64,000 nt of DNA from contig OY729432.1 of assembly GCA_963422385.1 (NCBI GenBank), forward strand, positions 818,467 through 882,466, read 5' to 3'. Every line of letters starts with the position of its first letter. Positions within the stretch are counted from its first letter, which is position 1. Origin of the DNA: Candidatus Binatia bacterium (GTDB lineage Bacteria > Desulfobacterota > Binatia > UBA9968 > JAJDTQ01). Shown here in pieces: positions 1 through 9,099 of this stretch. The position numbers and the translations under genes were made by a program. The notes beneath the pieces were generated by a model that was not told the origin of the DNA, made no database searches, and saw only the letters and a list, made by a program, of their open reading frames with translations.

Positions 1-496
1 GCACCGGCAGCACCCCGTGCATCGAACGGGTCAGGCCCCGCCCCAGCGGCACGGCGGAACAGGCGAAGCCGTCGACGTCCAGATGATACGTAGCGATGGC
101 GACGGCGACGATATCGACGATGGAGTCCACCGCTCCCACTTCATGGAAATGGACCTCATCCGGCGACACCCCGTGGACCTTCCCCTCGGCCTCGGCCAGC
201 TTCGAGAAGACGGTGATGGCCCGGTCCTTCACCTCCGGCGACAACCCGCTCCGCTCGATCAGCCGGCGGATGCCGGACCAACTCCGCCTCGACGGAGCCT
301 TCCCGGACAGCACCTGAAACCGGGTCGCCCGGATGCCGTTGACGGTCTTCCCGCCCACCCGGACTCGGAAGCTGACACCCTCAAGCTTCCCCAACTCCTC
401 CCGGAGTCTCTTGGCCGGAACCCCCAGGTCCAGCAGCGCGGCAACCGTCATGTCCCCGCTGATACCGGAGATGAGATCGAAGTACGCCGTTCTCAT
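1..496 (-). CDS. larC: LarC-like (DUF111) nickel-pincer cofactor insertion protein, N-terminal part; the gene continues past the window start
   Basis: Manual minus-strand translation from the ATG near 494-496 reads MRTAYFDLISGISGDMTVAALLDLGVPAKRLREELGKL...KVHGVSPDEVHFHEVGAVDSIVDIVAVAIA, the conserved LarC/DUF111 N-terminus. There is no stop before position 1, so it is absent from the ORF track. Confidence 0.55.
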   Translation of the reverse strand, partial: MRTAYFDLISGISGDMTVAALLDLGVPAKRLREELGKLEGVSFRVRVGGKTVNGIRATRFQVLSGKAPSRRSWSGIRRLIERSGLSPEVKDRAITVFSKLAEAEGKVHGVSPDEVHFHEVGAVDSIVDIVAVAIATYHLDVDGFACSAVPLGRGLTRSMHGVLPV

Positions 497-623
497 GCTG
501 AAGGCAGGCGTACGAAACTCGCCGGTGCCGTGTCAAGGGCGGGGGTAGATCACCCGCCCACGGTGGTGCATGCATTTACTTGTGGGTTGCGGAGTGCTAC
601 CTTTCAAGGACTGCGAGACACAT

Positions 624-699
624 GGGGCCGTAGCTCAGCTGGGAGAGCGCTAGGTTCGCAATCTAGAGGTCGTGGGTTCGATCCCCATCGGCTCCACCA
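624..699 (+). tRNA. tRNA-Ala (anticodon CGC)
   Basis: GGGGCCGTAGCTCAGCTGGGAGAGCGCTAGGTTCGCAATCTAGAGGTCGTGGGTTCGATCCCCATCGGCTCCACCA. Acceptor stem is 7 bp with the G3:U70 Ala identity pair. D and T arms are canonical. The anticodon loop TTCGCAA gives CGC, and the 3' end is CCA. Confidence 0.9.
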
Positions 700-1048
700 A
701 CAACCCATTCCAAGCCGTCGGGAGCCGGGGTTTTTCCATCCGCCGCCGGCCTTTCCTGCCGCCTATTCCTTTTCGAAGCCTTGGCTTGTAAACCTGAGCG
801 TGCGGCTGTTCTCGGTGACCGTGCGGACCACGTGATCGGGAGCGCCGTCCGGGATTTCTGCTTCGACCTCCAGTTGTCCCAGATCAGCTTGAGCAGCCTC
901 GCCGCATCCTGCTCCGCCACGGACTTGCCGGGCGAGGAAGACCAGTTGGTTACGTCTTTGCCCTCAACTCTCGCGCGACAAAGGGCACGAGACCCTCTCG
1001 GAGCAGGTCCATCGCCTTGCCGATCCGTTCGTGATTCGTGATCGCCAT
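663..1048 (-). pseudogene. Frameshifted fragment of an HEPN/Abi-like protein next to the tRNA-Ala 3' end
   Basis: The minus strand reads MAITNHERIGKAMDLLREGLVPFVARELRAK from an ATG near 1048. The frame then shifts into ...DVTNWSSSPGKSVAEQDAARLLKLIWDNWRSKQK, which is the C-terminal part of the 663..1175 ORF. The reading is broken and the 5' part overlaps the tRNA, so this is not a functional gene. Confidence 0.3.
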
Positions 1049-1146
1049 CAGTCGCCTCGGTCGATTTCTCGTTTCGTCGGGACGTGACCGCGATGGATCC
1101 TGTATTGTGCGGCAACCCGATCAGCCTGGGTTTGGTGGAAGGTGAA

Positions 1147-2253
1147 TCAGCCGGCATGCGGCCAGTCGATTTCAAGTCTGTGTTTCAGTGTGTTCAAGAA
1201 CGAATAACTGAGTCGCTTTTCCTTTTGGAGCCGACCCACGACGATACTCGGGGCAATGCTTTGGTCGTCGGCGAAGGCCCTTACCATCTTCTCGGAGACC
1301 CTTAGCGGCAGTGTTTCCACGAAACCACCCCAGTCCTTCTCTGGGATGAGGAAGTTCCCGGCCCAGCGGTTGGCCGCATCTTCCTTTGGGTCCTCCGAGC
1401 CACGAAACTCGAAGAAGACATCCTTCTTGCCGTGAAGAAGGATGTGGGCCGCTTCGTGGAAAAAAGTGAACCACAGAACATCGTCGGTCTTATAGCGGAG
1501 GCTGAGTTGGAGGAGCGCTTTGTTCTTGGTCAACCAGCGGGTGAACCCGTAGACATGGGTCTTGGGAAACTCGGGCATCAGCACAACCACGACACCCGCT
1601 TCTGCGCAGAGCCGGCAGACCCGTTTCCATACACTTGCGGGGTGCTGGCGTGTCAGTGACCGGATTTCCGACAGCGTCTTCTTGAACCGCGACATATCGT
1701 AGCTCTCGCAAACGCTTTCCCGTGCGGCCAATTCGCCAGCTCTCAGCCATGCGCTGAGATCGCCCGTCTCGCTCTTCAACCCAGCGGCCTCTCGCGCAGA
1801 TCCGGTCAGACTGGCATAAGTGGTTTGCCACTGTGCTTCCGAGTCGACACCAAAGAACCGCAACAGATTCTCGACCCGCTCGGTCTTGTCAGCGGATGCT
1901 GGAACCAATTGCAATTTGACCATCCTGCTATACGAGAAACATCTCAGCCACTCGGTCTGCGTCTCGATGCGGTGTCGTTCCTTCAACCGCGCCAAGCGCT
2001 CGCGGTAGTTGGCCTCGGCATTGTTCCAGAAAGAAGCCGGGACCCCCGTTACTCTCTCCAGTTGCAGGGACGTCTCGGCAGTAATGGCCGCCACCCCCTT
2101 GATGATCTCATTGATGGTCTTGACCGGGCGGCCCATACGCAGAGCCAGTTCCTTCTGCGTCAACTCCAACGACTTGATGGTTTCAAGCAACGTCTCGCCC
2201 GGCGGCACGGCGTAATCAGGGTTAAATTCTTGCTTATTCATGGGTATCCGCAA
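1147..2253 (-). CDS. HTH-XRE / ImmA-IrrE (COG2856) metallopeptidase fusion, HigA-like partner of the upstream toxin
   Basis: N-terminal helix-turn-helix (ELTQKELALRMGRPVKTINEIIKG). C-terminal HEXXH-type motif FHEAAHILLHG, typical of the ImmA/IrrE Zn-peptidase family. Overlaps the toxin gene by 20 nt. Confidence 0.7.
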   Translation of the reverse strand: MRIPMNKQEFNPDYAVPPGETLLETIKSLELTQKELALRMGRPVKTINEIIKGVAAITAETSLQLERVTGVPASFWNNAEANYRERLARLKERHRIETQTEWLRCFSYSRMVKLQLVPASADKTERVENLLRFFGVDSEAQWQTTYASLTGSAREAAGLKSETGDLSAWLRAGELAARESVCESYDMSRFKKTLSEIRSLTRQHPASVWKRVCRLCAEAGVVVVLMPEFPKTHVYGFTRWLTKNKALLQLSLRYKTDDVLWFTFFHEAAHILLHGKKDVFFEFRGSEDPKEDAANRWAGNFLIPEKDWGGFVETLPLRVSEKMVRAFADDQSIAPSIVVGRLQKEKRLSYSFLNTLKHRLEIDWPHAG

Positions 2254-2572
2254 TTTCGATAATGATGACCTTCACAACTGCCCGTAGGTCGGTTCCCCCT
2301 GAAGGAAGCTGGGGAACAGGGTCGTGGTCGGGAACAAGGATCAACCGATAGGGGTGGTCCAGATCGACAGAAAATTGGCCCCGGCGGTTTTCTTTGAGTG
2401 GATGCAATCGCGGTCCAGGAAGCTGGCCGAGGACATGGAGATTCGGTGATGCCTCGATCTCCAAAAGCCTCTGCTGGAGCAGCTTTGCTCGCCTAGGGCC
2501 ATGCGTGGCCATCATCGTCATTTTGGTCGTCAGTTGCTTCCTGAGCTTTGTGTTCCTGAAATATATTTCCAT
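2234..2572 (-). CDS. higB: HigB-like (RelE/ParE superfamily) toxin
   Basis: 112 aa. The N-terminus has the K-L-x-K-Q-L pattern. The core reads LHPLKENRRGQFSVDLDHPYRLIL, matching the HigB killer-protein signature (LxxLKGxRKGxxSIRIN..RI.F). It is the first gene of a two-gene operon. Confidence 0.65.
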   Translation of the reverse strand: MEIYFRNTKLRKQLTTKMTMMATHGPRRAKLLQQRLLEIEASPNLHVLGQLPGPRLHPLKENRRGQFSVDLDHPYRLILVPDHDPVPQLPSGGTDLRAVVKVIIIEIADTHE

Positions 2573-2584
2573 GCACGGAGGATG

Positions 2585-2620
2585 TCAATTATATTAACCC
2601 TCAAGGTTAATTATATTGAA
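2585..2620. promoter_or_regulatory. AT-rich putative operator/promoter with two direct copies of AATTATATT upstream of higB
   Basis: TCAATTATATTAACCCTCAAGGTTAATTATATTGAA sits immediately 5' of the toxin start. It is strongly AT-rich in a GC-rich genome. The repeat spacing is about 22 nt, roughly two helical turns. Confidence 0.4.
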
Positions 2621-2721
2621 TGGCTGCCGTTATTGCCAATTACGACCTACCTCTATCGCTGGTCCCTTGCTGCCCTCGCCTTCTGTATCCGATGTGCCTT
2701 GCTTGCCGGGCAACAGACTAT

Positions 2722-3135
2722 TCAACCCGGGCATCGGGCGAGGAACAATTCCCCTTGTTGTGCATCCCCGTGAATGGCGAGCAGCCTCTCCATGGCCGCC
2801 TCGTGGGTCTCCAATCCGCCATCCGCCAGGATGTGGCCGACCCCGACTTCACGGGCAGCGAGCACCTGGGCTATCAGCAGCGTGTGATGGCAGGAACGCG
2901 TACTCGATTCCGCAAGCCGCGAGGCCGCGTGCCAGTAACTCACGATTGAACTGCGGATTGAAGCGGCTATACGATCTTGAGCGGACATCCAGCACTTGGC
3001 CACCTCGTAACGCCTCAACAACGTAACGAATGCCTCCAGCGGATGCGTGGATTGCCCGATGGTGAGAACGGGACAGACTGCCACGCCCATGCTTCTGCTA
3101 ACGGTGGCAGGCGCCGGTGTCGTTGCATACCCCAT
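2722..3135 (-). CDS. DUF488-family protein (divergent)
   Basis: LTIGQSTHPLEAFVTLLRRYEV... followed by ...SCHHTLLIAQVL resembles the TIGHS...CHR pattern of DUF488. Confidence 0.35.
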   Translation of the reverse strand: MGYATTPAPATVSRSMGVAVCPVLTIGQSTHPLEAFVTLLRRYEVAKCWMSAQDRIAASIRSSIVSYWHAASRLAESSTRSCHHTLLIAQVLAAREVGVGHILADGGLETHEAAMERLLAIHGDAQQGELFLARCPG

Positions 3136-3216
3136 GGACCATTCCTTCCAATTACCGGCGTCTATTCCGCTGCCCAGATGACAAGCTGGAACTGGCTCTC
3201 GTCGATGAGCATGTAT

Positions 3217-3588
3217 TCAGGACGACGTCCCGACAGTTGCCGACTCTCCCGCAGGATGATCGGCACGCCGTCCCCTCGTCGCAGACAGCTCAACTTTTCG
3301 GATCAAAGCGTCGAGTGGGGGGATCACGGAGTCGTTACAGATCTCCCGGACCCAAGTCTCGACCGCATCAAGCTGGTCAATCGGTATCCCGATAACGTCC
3401 CGACCCTTCTCCTCAACCCCCAGCACAACAATTCCACCCCAACCATTAGCCATGGCGGTCAATTCGTCGGCAAATTCCTTTCGCTTGGGAGCCCTTACCT
3501 TAGAGATGGCAAGCAGCACGCGCTTGAGTTCCAAGGTTGAATCCTCGCCCAGGCGAATACGCCGCATCAAATCGTCACGTCCCATCAT
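3217..3588 (-). pseudogene. AlbA_2 (divergent AAA / Schlafen-like) domain protein, N-terminal fragment only
   Basis: LGEDSTLELKRVLL...ADELTAMANGWGGIVVLGVEEKGRDVIGI matches the N-terminal signature of PF04326. The ORF is only 123 aa, against roughly 400-500 aa for full-length members. Confidence 0.4.
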
Positions 3589-3746
3589 GGTCCCATTCCC
3601 TGCCGGCGCATGATCCGTTGGTAGCGGCTCTCGAACGCATCACGGCCACCCTCCATCACCCGGCAAACTTCGTCTCGAACCACCTGCTATTGTCACCCGG
3701 ATACTTGCATTCGATGTGTCCGTCGCAAAACTTTGTCGTCTAGTAC

Positions 3747-4085
3747 TCAGTTTGCGGCGTCGCGCCCGAAATTCGGCAAGAGTTTCGGGCGCCTCTTTGT
3801 CCAATTTCTCGGCACTTCCGTACCGCGGACAGCTTGACTATCGTCGATGACCGTCAATGATGCATTCGGATCCTGAGCGAGAGCGAAGAGTTGCTTTTGA
3901 CTGTAGATACGGATTGGAAAACGCTCTCGAATATCACCCGAACAAATCACGTAGCGATCCTGTTGGAGGGAAGCTGTGCCGTCCAGCAATGCCAAGCAAA
4001 GTCCTTCCAGGTTCGGATGCGTCATCTCCACCCAAGTGAAGCGTCGGCCCAACAGATCGAGGTGGTGACCATCGGAGGCATGCAC
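3747..4085 (-). CDS. Hypothetical protein, possibly the 3' part of a frameshifted gene with 4022..4591
   Basis: ORF with no recognisable motif. It overlaps the upstream ORF by 64 nt in another frame. Confidence 0.2.
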   Translation of the reverse strand: MHASDGHHLDLLGRRFTWVEMTHPNLEGLCLALLDGTASLQQDRYVICSGDIRERFPIRIYSQKQLFALAQDPNASLTVIDDSQAVRGTEVPRNWTKRRPKLLPNFGRDAAN

Positions 4086-4591
4086 CCGAGATATCCCGTG
4101 TCCGATCTCTCCCTTGCTTCCATCAAGCCAGCTTTCGTCGATTTAGTCGGGCGGTCTCGGGCCAGATCCGGACAAGGGCGTTGGGCGATGTTGCCGGCCT
4201 GCAGGTTAGCCAAAGCGTCGGGGACCTCGGCCTTGAGCACCGCGAGCGTGCGACGCAACCAAACATAGAAAAAATTCGATAAATCTGCGTAGCGGACGTT
4301 GTCGTAGTAGAGCGGATCGGTGGAGACCATCTTCGCCGCAGAGGTAAATTGTTTGGATGCGTCAGCTTGGGTAGACGAGCCCCATTCCATGGTAGGTAAC
4401 GTTGCAAGCGACTTGCAAACCCACTCAATACCGCCTGTCCAATTCCCGCTTGCATGGCCAAAGGGAGGAGCTTCCGCGTAATCCACGGTTACGAGGCTGT
4501 CGGTGAGAATGCCGCGTACGGCGGTGTTGGGTTGGAGATCTTCCAGCTTCACGGTCTGATCTCGCTTCCGATCATGGACTGACTCGTTCAT
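4022..4591 (-). CDS. Hypothetical protein
   Basis: 189-aa ORF with no recognisable domain. It lies in the island remnant. Confidence 0.2.
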   Translation of the reverse strand: MNESVHDRKRDQTVKLEDLQPNTAVRGILTDSLVTVDYAEAPPFGHASGNWTGGIEWVCKSLATLPTMEWGSSTQADASKQFTSAAKMVSTDPLYYDNVRYADLSNFFYVWLRRTLAVLKAEVPDALANLQAGNIAQRPCPDLARDRPTKSTKAGLMEARERSDTGYLGCMPPMVTTSICWADASLGWR

Positions 4592-4696
4592 ACCATTGCA
4601 TGACGACCTTCAACACCCTTCGCCCAACTCTCCCGTTTCGTGTATCGTGGCTGTCGGATCGACGGAACGACCTCAAGGACAACCAGGAGGAATCCC

Positions 4697-5869
4697 ATGC
4701 GCAACAACCTTCGAGGCCAATACGCCATCGCGGGAGTGGGACACAGCGCGCTGGGCAAGGTACCGGAGATGGGGCCCATCGGGTTGTTCGCAGTGGCAGC
4801 GAGGAACGCCATTGCGGACGCGGGCCTGACCAACGCGGACGTGGACGGGCTGATCACGCGGGGGCCGGATGACGTCTACTGCCACCACCAGCGGGTGGGC
4901 GAGGCGCTGGGGCTCAACGTGACCTACAGTACCTCCACGGACAACGGCGGGGCGAGTCAGGTGCTAGGGGTGGCGATGGCCTGCATGGCCATCGCCGCGG
5001 GGCTGTGCAACACAGTCATCGTCGGGTTCGGGCGGGATACCTGGTCCCGGACTCACCGCAACGAGACGGCGCGCAAGCGGGTCAACATCGGCATTCAGAA
5101 CCAGGGGGAGTTCGGCCCGGAGTTCGGCTGGTTCGGCGCGCCGTCCAACTACGCGGTGTCCGCCAGGCGGCACATGCAGATCTACGGCACCACCAAGGCC
5201 CAACTGGGCAGCATCGCGGTGGCGTTCCGGGACCACGCAAGCCGCAACCCCAACGCCTTCTTCCAGAAGCCCTTGAGCATGGAGGAGTACCTCAAGGCAC
5301 GGCTCATCGTCGATCCGCTATGCCTCTATGACTGCAGCGTCTACATCGACGGCGCGGCCGCGGTAGTGGTGACCTCGGCGGAGCGCGCCAAGGGACTGAA
5401 GAACCCTCCGGCCTATATCATGGGGTTCGGCTTCGGGAACCGTCTCAGTGGTTGGTTCGAACAGAGCAACATGCTCACCACGGGAGCCAGAGAGGCGGGC
5501 GAGGCGGCCTACCGCATGGCCGGCATCGGCCCCGAGGCCGTGGACACGGCCCAGCTCTACGACTGTTTCACGCAGATGGTGCTGCTCCAGCTCGAGGACT
5601 ACGGCTTCTGCAAAAAGGGCGAAGGCGGCCCCTTCGCAGCCTCGGGGGCCTTGTTGCTCGACGGGGCCCTGCCCACCAACACCTCGGGCGGGCAGCTTTC
5701 GGAGGGGCATACCGAGGGCATGCTGCAGATTGTGGAGGGCGTCCGGCAGATCCGGCACGAGCATGGGCCGGACCGGCAGGTGAAGGACGCCCAGGTGGCC
5801 CTGGTTAGCGGCCACGGCGGCAACACCGCCTGCCAATCGGCATTGATTCTGGCAAGGGAAGCATCATGA
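4697..5869 (+). CDS. Thiolase-like protein (SCP-x / lipid-transfer-protein type)
   Basis: MRNNLRGQYAIAGVGHSALGK... has the thiolase fold throughout. A conserved GHGGN-type motif sits near the C-terminus (ALVSGHGGNTAC). The likely start is the internal Met of the 4640 ORF. Confidence 0.8.
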   Translation: MRNNLRGQYAIAGVGHSALGKVPEMGPIGLFAVAARNAIADAGLTNADVDGLITRGPDDVYCHHQRVGEALGLNVTYSTSTDNGGASQVLGVAMACMAIAAGLCNTVIVGFGRDTWSRTHRNETARKRVNIGIQNQGEFGPEFGWFGAPSNYAVSARRHMQIYGTTKAQLGSIAVAFRDHASRNPNAFFQKPLSMEEYLKARLIVDPLCLYDCSVYIDGAAAVVVTSAERAKGLKNPPAYIMGFGFGNRLSGWFEQSNMLTTGAREAGEAAYRMAGIGPEAVDTAQLYDCFTQMVLLQLEDYGFCKKGEGGPFAASGALLLDGALPTNTSGGQLSEGHTEGMLQIVEGVRQIRHEHGPDRQVKDAQVALVSGHGGNTACQSALILAREAS

Positions 5870-6276
5870 GCGAGTATGCCAAACCGTTGCCGGTTCCCAC
5901 GGTGGAGTCCGAGCCCTTCTGGGAGGGCTGCAAACGCCACGAACTGCTGTTGCCGCAATGCCGCCAATGCGCCAAGTACTGGTTCCCGCCGGCTTCAACC
6001 TGTCCGCATTGCTGGAGCATGGAGTGGGACTGGAAGAAGGCCTCCGGCCGCGGCAAGATCTACTCGTTCGGTGTCTACCATCGAATGTACCACCCGGGCT
6101 TCGAAAGCGAGCTGCCCTACGTGTTCGCCGTCATTCAACTGGAGGAAGGGCCGCGGCTGGTGAGCAACGTGGTGAACGAGTCGCCGGAGAAGCTCGAGTG
6201 CGACCTTCCGGTGGAGGTGGTGTTCGAGGACGTGACCGAGGACGCGACGCTCTACAAGTTCAAGCCCGCCTGGTGA
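5866..6276 (+). CDS. DUF35 OB-fold / Zn-ribbon protein, the usual partner of SCP-x thiolases
   Basis: CxxC...CxxC zinc ribbon (CRQCAKYWFPPASTCPHC) followed by an OB-fold segment. The start overlaps the thiolase stop by 4 nt. Confidence 0.8.
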   Translation: MSEYAKPLPVPTVESEPFWEGCKRHELLLPQCRQCAKYWFPPASTCPHCWSMEWDWKKASGRGKIYSFGVYHRMYHPGFESELPYVFAVIQLEEGPRLVSNVVNESPEKLECDLPVEVVFEDVTEDATLYKFKPAW

Positions 6277-6344
6277 CCCGTCCCCAAAATTCGTCGATGA
6301 GGCTGCACCGGACTTTGGTTGTCGGCGAAACTCGATGACTTTGT

Positions 6345-6375
6345 GCGGACGGGTTTCAAGCCCGCCAGCGCCCGC
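6345..6375. repeat. REP-like GC-rich palindrome, degenerate copy
   Basis: GCGGACGGGTTTCAAGCCCGCCAGCGCCCGC lies between the convergent DUF35 and SYLF genes. Confidence 0.4.
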
Positions 6376-6376
6376 A

Positions 6377-7054
6377 CTACCGCGACGCCTCGGTGAGTGT
6401 CTTGATGAGGGTATCCGCCTGCTTGTTCTTGAACTTTCGTCGGAGCAGGATGTCTCGAGGTGAGACCTTGGGCTGCCCGTAGTAGGTTTGATTGTCGGTC
6501 CGGTTGATGACCACGCCGCCGCCCTCGATGGCCAGACCGGCGAACAGTCCCTTGATGCGGGAAAACGAAAAGATGTCGAAGATCTCGGCCTTGGCTCCGA
6601 TCCCCATGGGGCCTACACCGATGCTTGCGTCGGCGCCGAGATGGAACTTGTCCCTCAGGAATCTTCTCAAGCCCCTTTCCGTCATGATCATGAGGATGAC
6701 CTGCCCGCCCGCGGCGCCGAACTGAAGGCCGAAGGAACCGGAAGCCACATCGTAGAAGGCCGGATAGCTCCAGGTGCCGGCGCTGTCCTGGGCCAGCAGC
6801 ACGCCCTTGCCCCCCGACCCGCCGACGAAAAACCCTCCCTTGAGGAGCACCGGCATGATGAGCAGTCCCTTGGCGTAACGCACATTCTCCCGGAACCACG
6901 TCATCCGGGCATCCCTCTGGAAATCCCTGAACGCGAACTGGGCCTTGGTCACTCTCTGGGCCAAGTCCTCCTCGGTGACCTGCGCGCCCGAGGGGACGGC
7001 GGACAACGCGGCGCAAAGGAACAGGCCGGCAAATGACACCAGAATTTTTCGCAT
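6377..7054 (-). CDS. SYLF/Ysc84 (DUF500) domain lipoprotein
   Basis: Signal peptide with lipobox (MRKILVSFAGLFLCAALSA). Glycine-rich SYLF core (GGFFVGGSGGKGVLLA...GLQFGAAGGQVILMIM). Confidence 0.75.
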   Translation of the reverse strand: MRKILVSFAGLFLCAALSAVPSGAQVTEEDLAQRVTKAQFAFRDFQRDARMTWFRENVRYAKGLLIMPVLLKGGFFVGGSGGKGVLLAQDSAGTWSYPAFYDVASGSFGLQFGAAGGQVILMIMTERGLRRFLRDKFHLGADASIGVGPMGIGAKAEIFDIFSFSRIKGLFAGLAIEGGGVVINRTDNQTYYGQPKVSPRDILLRRKFKNKQADTLIKTLTEASR

Positions 7055-7188
7055 CGGACGCCTCTCTTTCGCTGGACCCTCGTCGCCCGTCGGAGACGGC
7101 ACTCGCAGGCTACCTGCCAATCATGATTAACATGTAGCGCAGGGATGGGAAACGAAACACGACCGGCGAGGTCTCACAGGACGCCACG

Positions 7189-8232
7189 CTAGCACTCCAT
7201 CCCGATGCCCGCGGCCCGGGCCTTGTCGTGGACCAACCGCGCCAGCGCCATGTACCCCACGCCCTGGTCGCTGTTCTGCTTGAACAGGGTGACGTCCTTG
7301 TCGCTGCGGCGTCCGGGGGTCTTCCCGGTCACCAGCGCGCTCAGGTCCTTGACGTCATTCCAGGCGAGAACGCCGTTCCGGACCGGCTCGAGCAGGTCCC
7401 CCTGCTCGTCCTGAATGCCTTGCTGCACCAGGGTCGCGACGATCACGTCCGCCCGCGCCAGCACCTCGTCGTCCAGCTCCCGGCGCGGCCGGCTGACCAG
7501 CCCTTCCATCAGCAGCTCCTTGTTGCTACCCACGATGGAGGTGACGTGGACTCCCTCCTCCAGCCACCGCCCGAAGACCACGGGCACGTTGCTGCCGGTG
7601 GCGCAAACGATGATGTCCACGTTCCGGGCGGCGTCCTCGGGCTGGTCCACGGGCTTCAGTTCCGCGTCCACGTGGGGCTGCATGGTGTCGCAGAAGGTGC
7701 GACGGTTGTCGGCGCTGCGGCTGTAGACCCGCACTTCCCGGATGGGTCGGATGGCGCACATGGCTTCGACGTGGCGGCGCGCCTGGCGGCCGGTGCCGTA
7801 GAGTCCCAGCACCGTGGCGTCCTCCCGGGCCATGCGCCGGGTGCCGACAGCGCTGGTGATGGCGGTCTCGGTGGCGAACTCGTCCCCGGTGGCTTGCCGC
7901 CGGTAGAAGGGCGGACAACCGGCGATGATCGCCAGCAGCGCGCCGGTCTCGCTGTCATAGCTAACGTAGACCCGCGTTCCCACCGCCGCGTAGCTCTGGT
8001 CCTGGGCCGTGTAGTTGTGCCGTTCGTAGTGGACGAAGGTCCCGGCCACCCCGAGGGGCACGCATCCGCCGGAATGAACGGTGATGCGACGGTCGTTCGC
8101 CAGCATCCGCTGGCGCGGCAGGCTGAAAACGGGATGGTCCTCCTGCGAGGCGAACCCCTTCTCGACGGCGTCGACCGCCTCGGTGATGGAGATAAGCCCG
8201 GTGAGATCTTCGGACCTGATGAACAGTGCCAT
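7189..8232 (-). CDS. Ornithine cyclodeaminase / mu-crystallin family protein
   Basis: Rossmann motif GLYGTGRQARRH inside an OCD-family fold of 347 aa. Confidence 0.8.
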   Translation of the reverse strand: MALFIRSEDLTGLISITEAVDAVEKGFASQEDHPVFSLPRQRMLANDRRITVHSGGCVPLGVAGTFVHYERHNYTAQDQSYAAVGTRVYVSYDSETGALLAIIAGCPPFYRRQATGDEFATETAITSAVGTRRMAREDATVLGLYGTGRQARRHVEAMCAIRPIREVRVYSRSADNRRTFCDTMQPHVDAELKPVDQPEDAARNVDIIVCATGSNVPVVFGRWLEEGVHVTSIVGSNKELLMEGLVSRPRRELDDEVLARADVIVATLVQQGIQDEQGDLLEPVRNGVLAWNDVKDLSALVTGKTPGRRSDKDVTLFKQNSDQGVGYMALARLVHDKARAAGIGMEC

Positions 8233-8250
8233 GGGCTTTGCCCCGCAGCG

Positions 8251-9099
8251 CTATATGTGGGCCCGGGTGAACTCCAGCGTGCGCTCGCACACGTTCCCGG
8301 TGGTCTGATCCGGCGGCATGACGTTCCAGAACTCCGGCTGAGGCAGACACTCGCGCAGGTAGTGGGCGCCCGAGGTGGCGTGGGACGGATCGTCACCCGG
8401 TATCACCAGCGCCGGCGCCTTGATGCCCATCAACTCTTCCGGCTCGGCGCCGGTGGCGGTATCCCGGTCGAACAGACCCGGGCCGCTGGTGGCGATGATC
8501 CCCGCGTAGCGCTCCGGATCCCCGGCCGCGAATTGCTCCGCGAACGCGATGTCCCGGGCGATCACCGACGCCCAGGGACCGGACGCGGGGTCGGTCCAGA
8601 AGGTCGTCCCCTTGGCCGCCCGGTCCACCACTCCCCGGAGACCGTTTTCCCGCACGAAGTCGAGATGGTTGGCGAAGCGCGCCCGGCTCGCGGACTTCCA
8701 GCGGTATCCGCCCACCGGCCAGTGGAGGATCATGCCCCGGGTCGTCTCCGGAAAGTTGACGCCGAAGGAAAGGGCCACCGAGCAGCCCATGCAGCCGCCC
8801 ATGACGAAGGCCGAATCGATCCGGAGATGGTCGAGAAGCTGTTTGCCCTCGCTGGCGTAGGCGATCCAGGTCAGGCGTTCCACGCGCCCGCCGGACTGTC
8901 CCGACTCGCGCCGGTCGTAGGCGATCACCCGATGCTCCGAGGCCAGCTTCGCCAGAGCGTCGATGCCGGTCCAGGCGCTGGCCACGCGCCACTTCTCGAT
9001 GGTGGAATCGAAACCTCCGGGCGCGAACATCAGCAGCGGCGTTCCGGAGCCGTAGGTTTCGTAGTGGATCTCGATCCCGTCGATGACGGCAGTCGGCAT
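8251..9099 (-). CDS. Alpha/beta-hydrolase fold protein
   Basis: LLMFAPGGFDS ... nucleophile elbow GGCMGCSVAL. Start taken at MPTAVIDGIE. Confidence 0.7.
   Translation of the reverse strand: MPTAVIDGIEIHYETYGSGTPLLMFAPGGFDSTIEKWRVASAWTGIDALAKLASEHRVIAYDRRESGQSGGRVERLTWIAYASEGKQLLDHLRIDSAFVMGGCMGCSVALSFGVNFPETTRGMILHWPVGGYRWKSASRARFANHLDFVRENGLRGVVDRAAKGTTFWTDPASGPWASVIARDIAFAEQFAAGDPERYAGIIATSGPGLFDRDTATGAEPEELMGIKAPALVIPGDDPSHATSGAHYLRECLPQPEFWNVMPPDQTTGNVCERTLEFTRAHI

Noticed and set aside
17-835. 272-aa plus-strand ORF spanning the tRNA-Ala gene
   Set aside because: - It overlaps a canonical tRNA and the antisense of larC.
- It has low-complexity composition.
2583-2615. Apparent perfect inverted repeat TCAATTATATTAACC / GGTTAATTATATTGA
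   Set aside because: - On base-by-base comparison the two arms are not reverse complements (ATAA versus TATA in the centre).
- The real structure is a direct repeat of AATTATATT.
- It is kept as an operator candidate, not as a palindrome.
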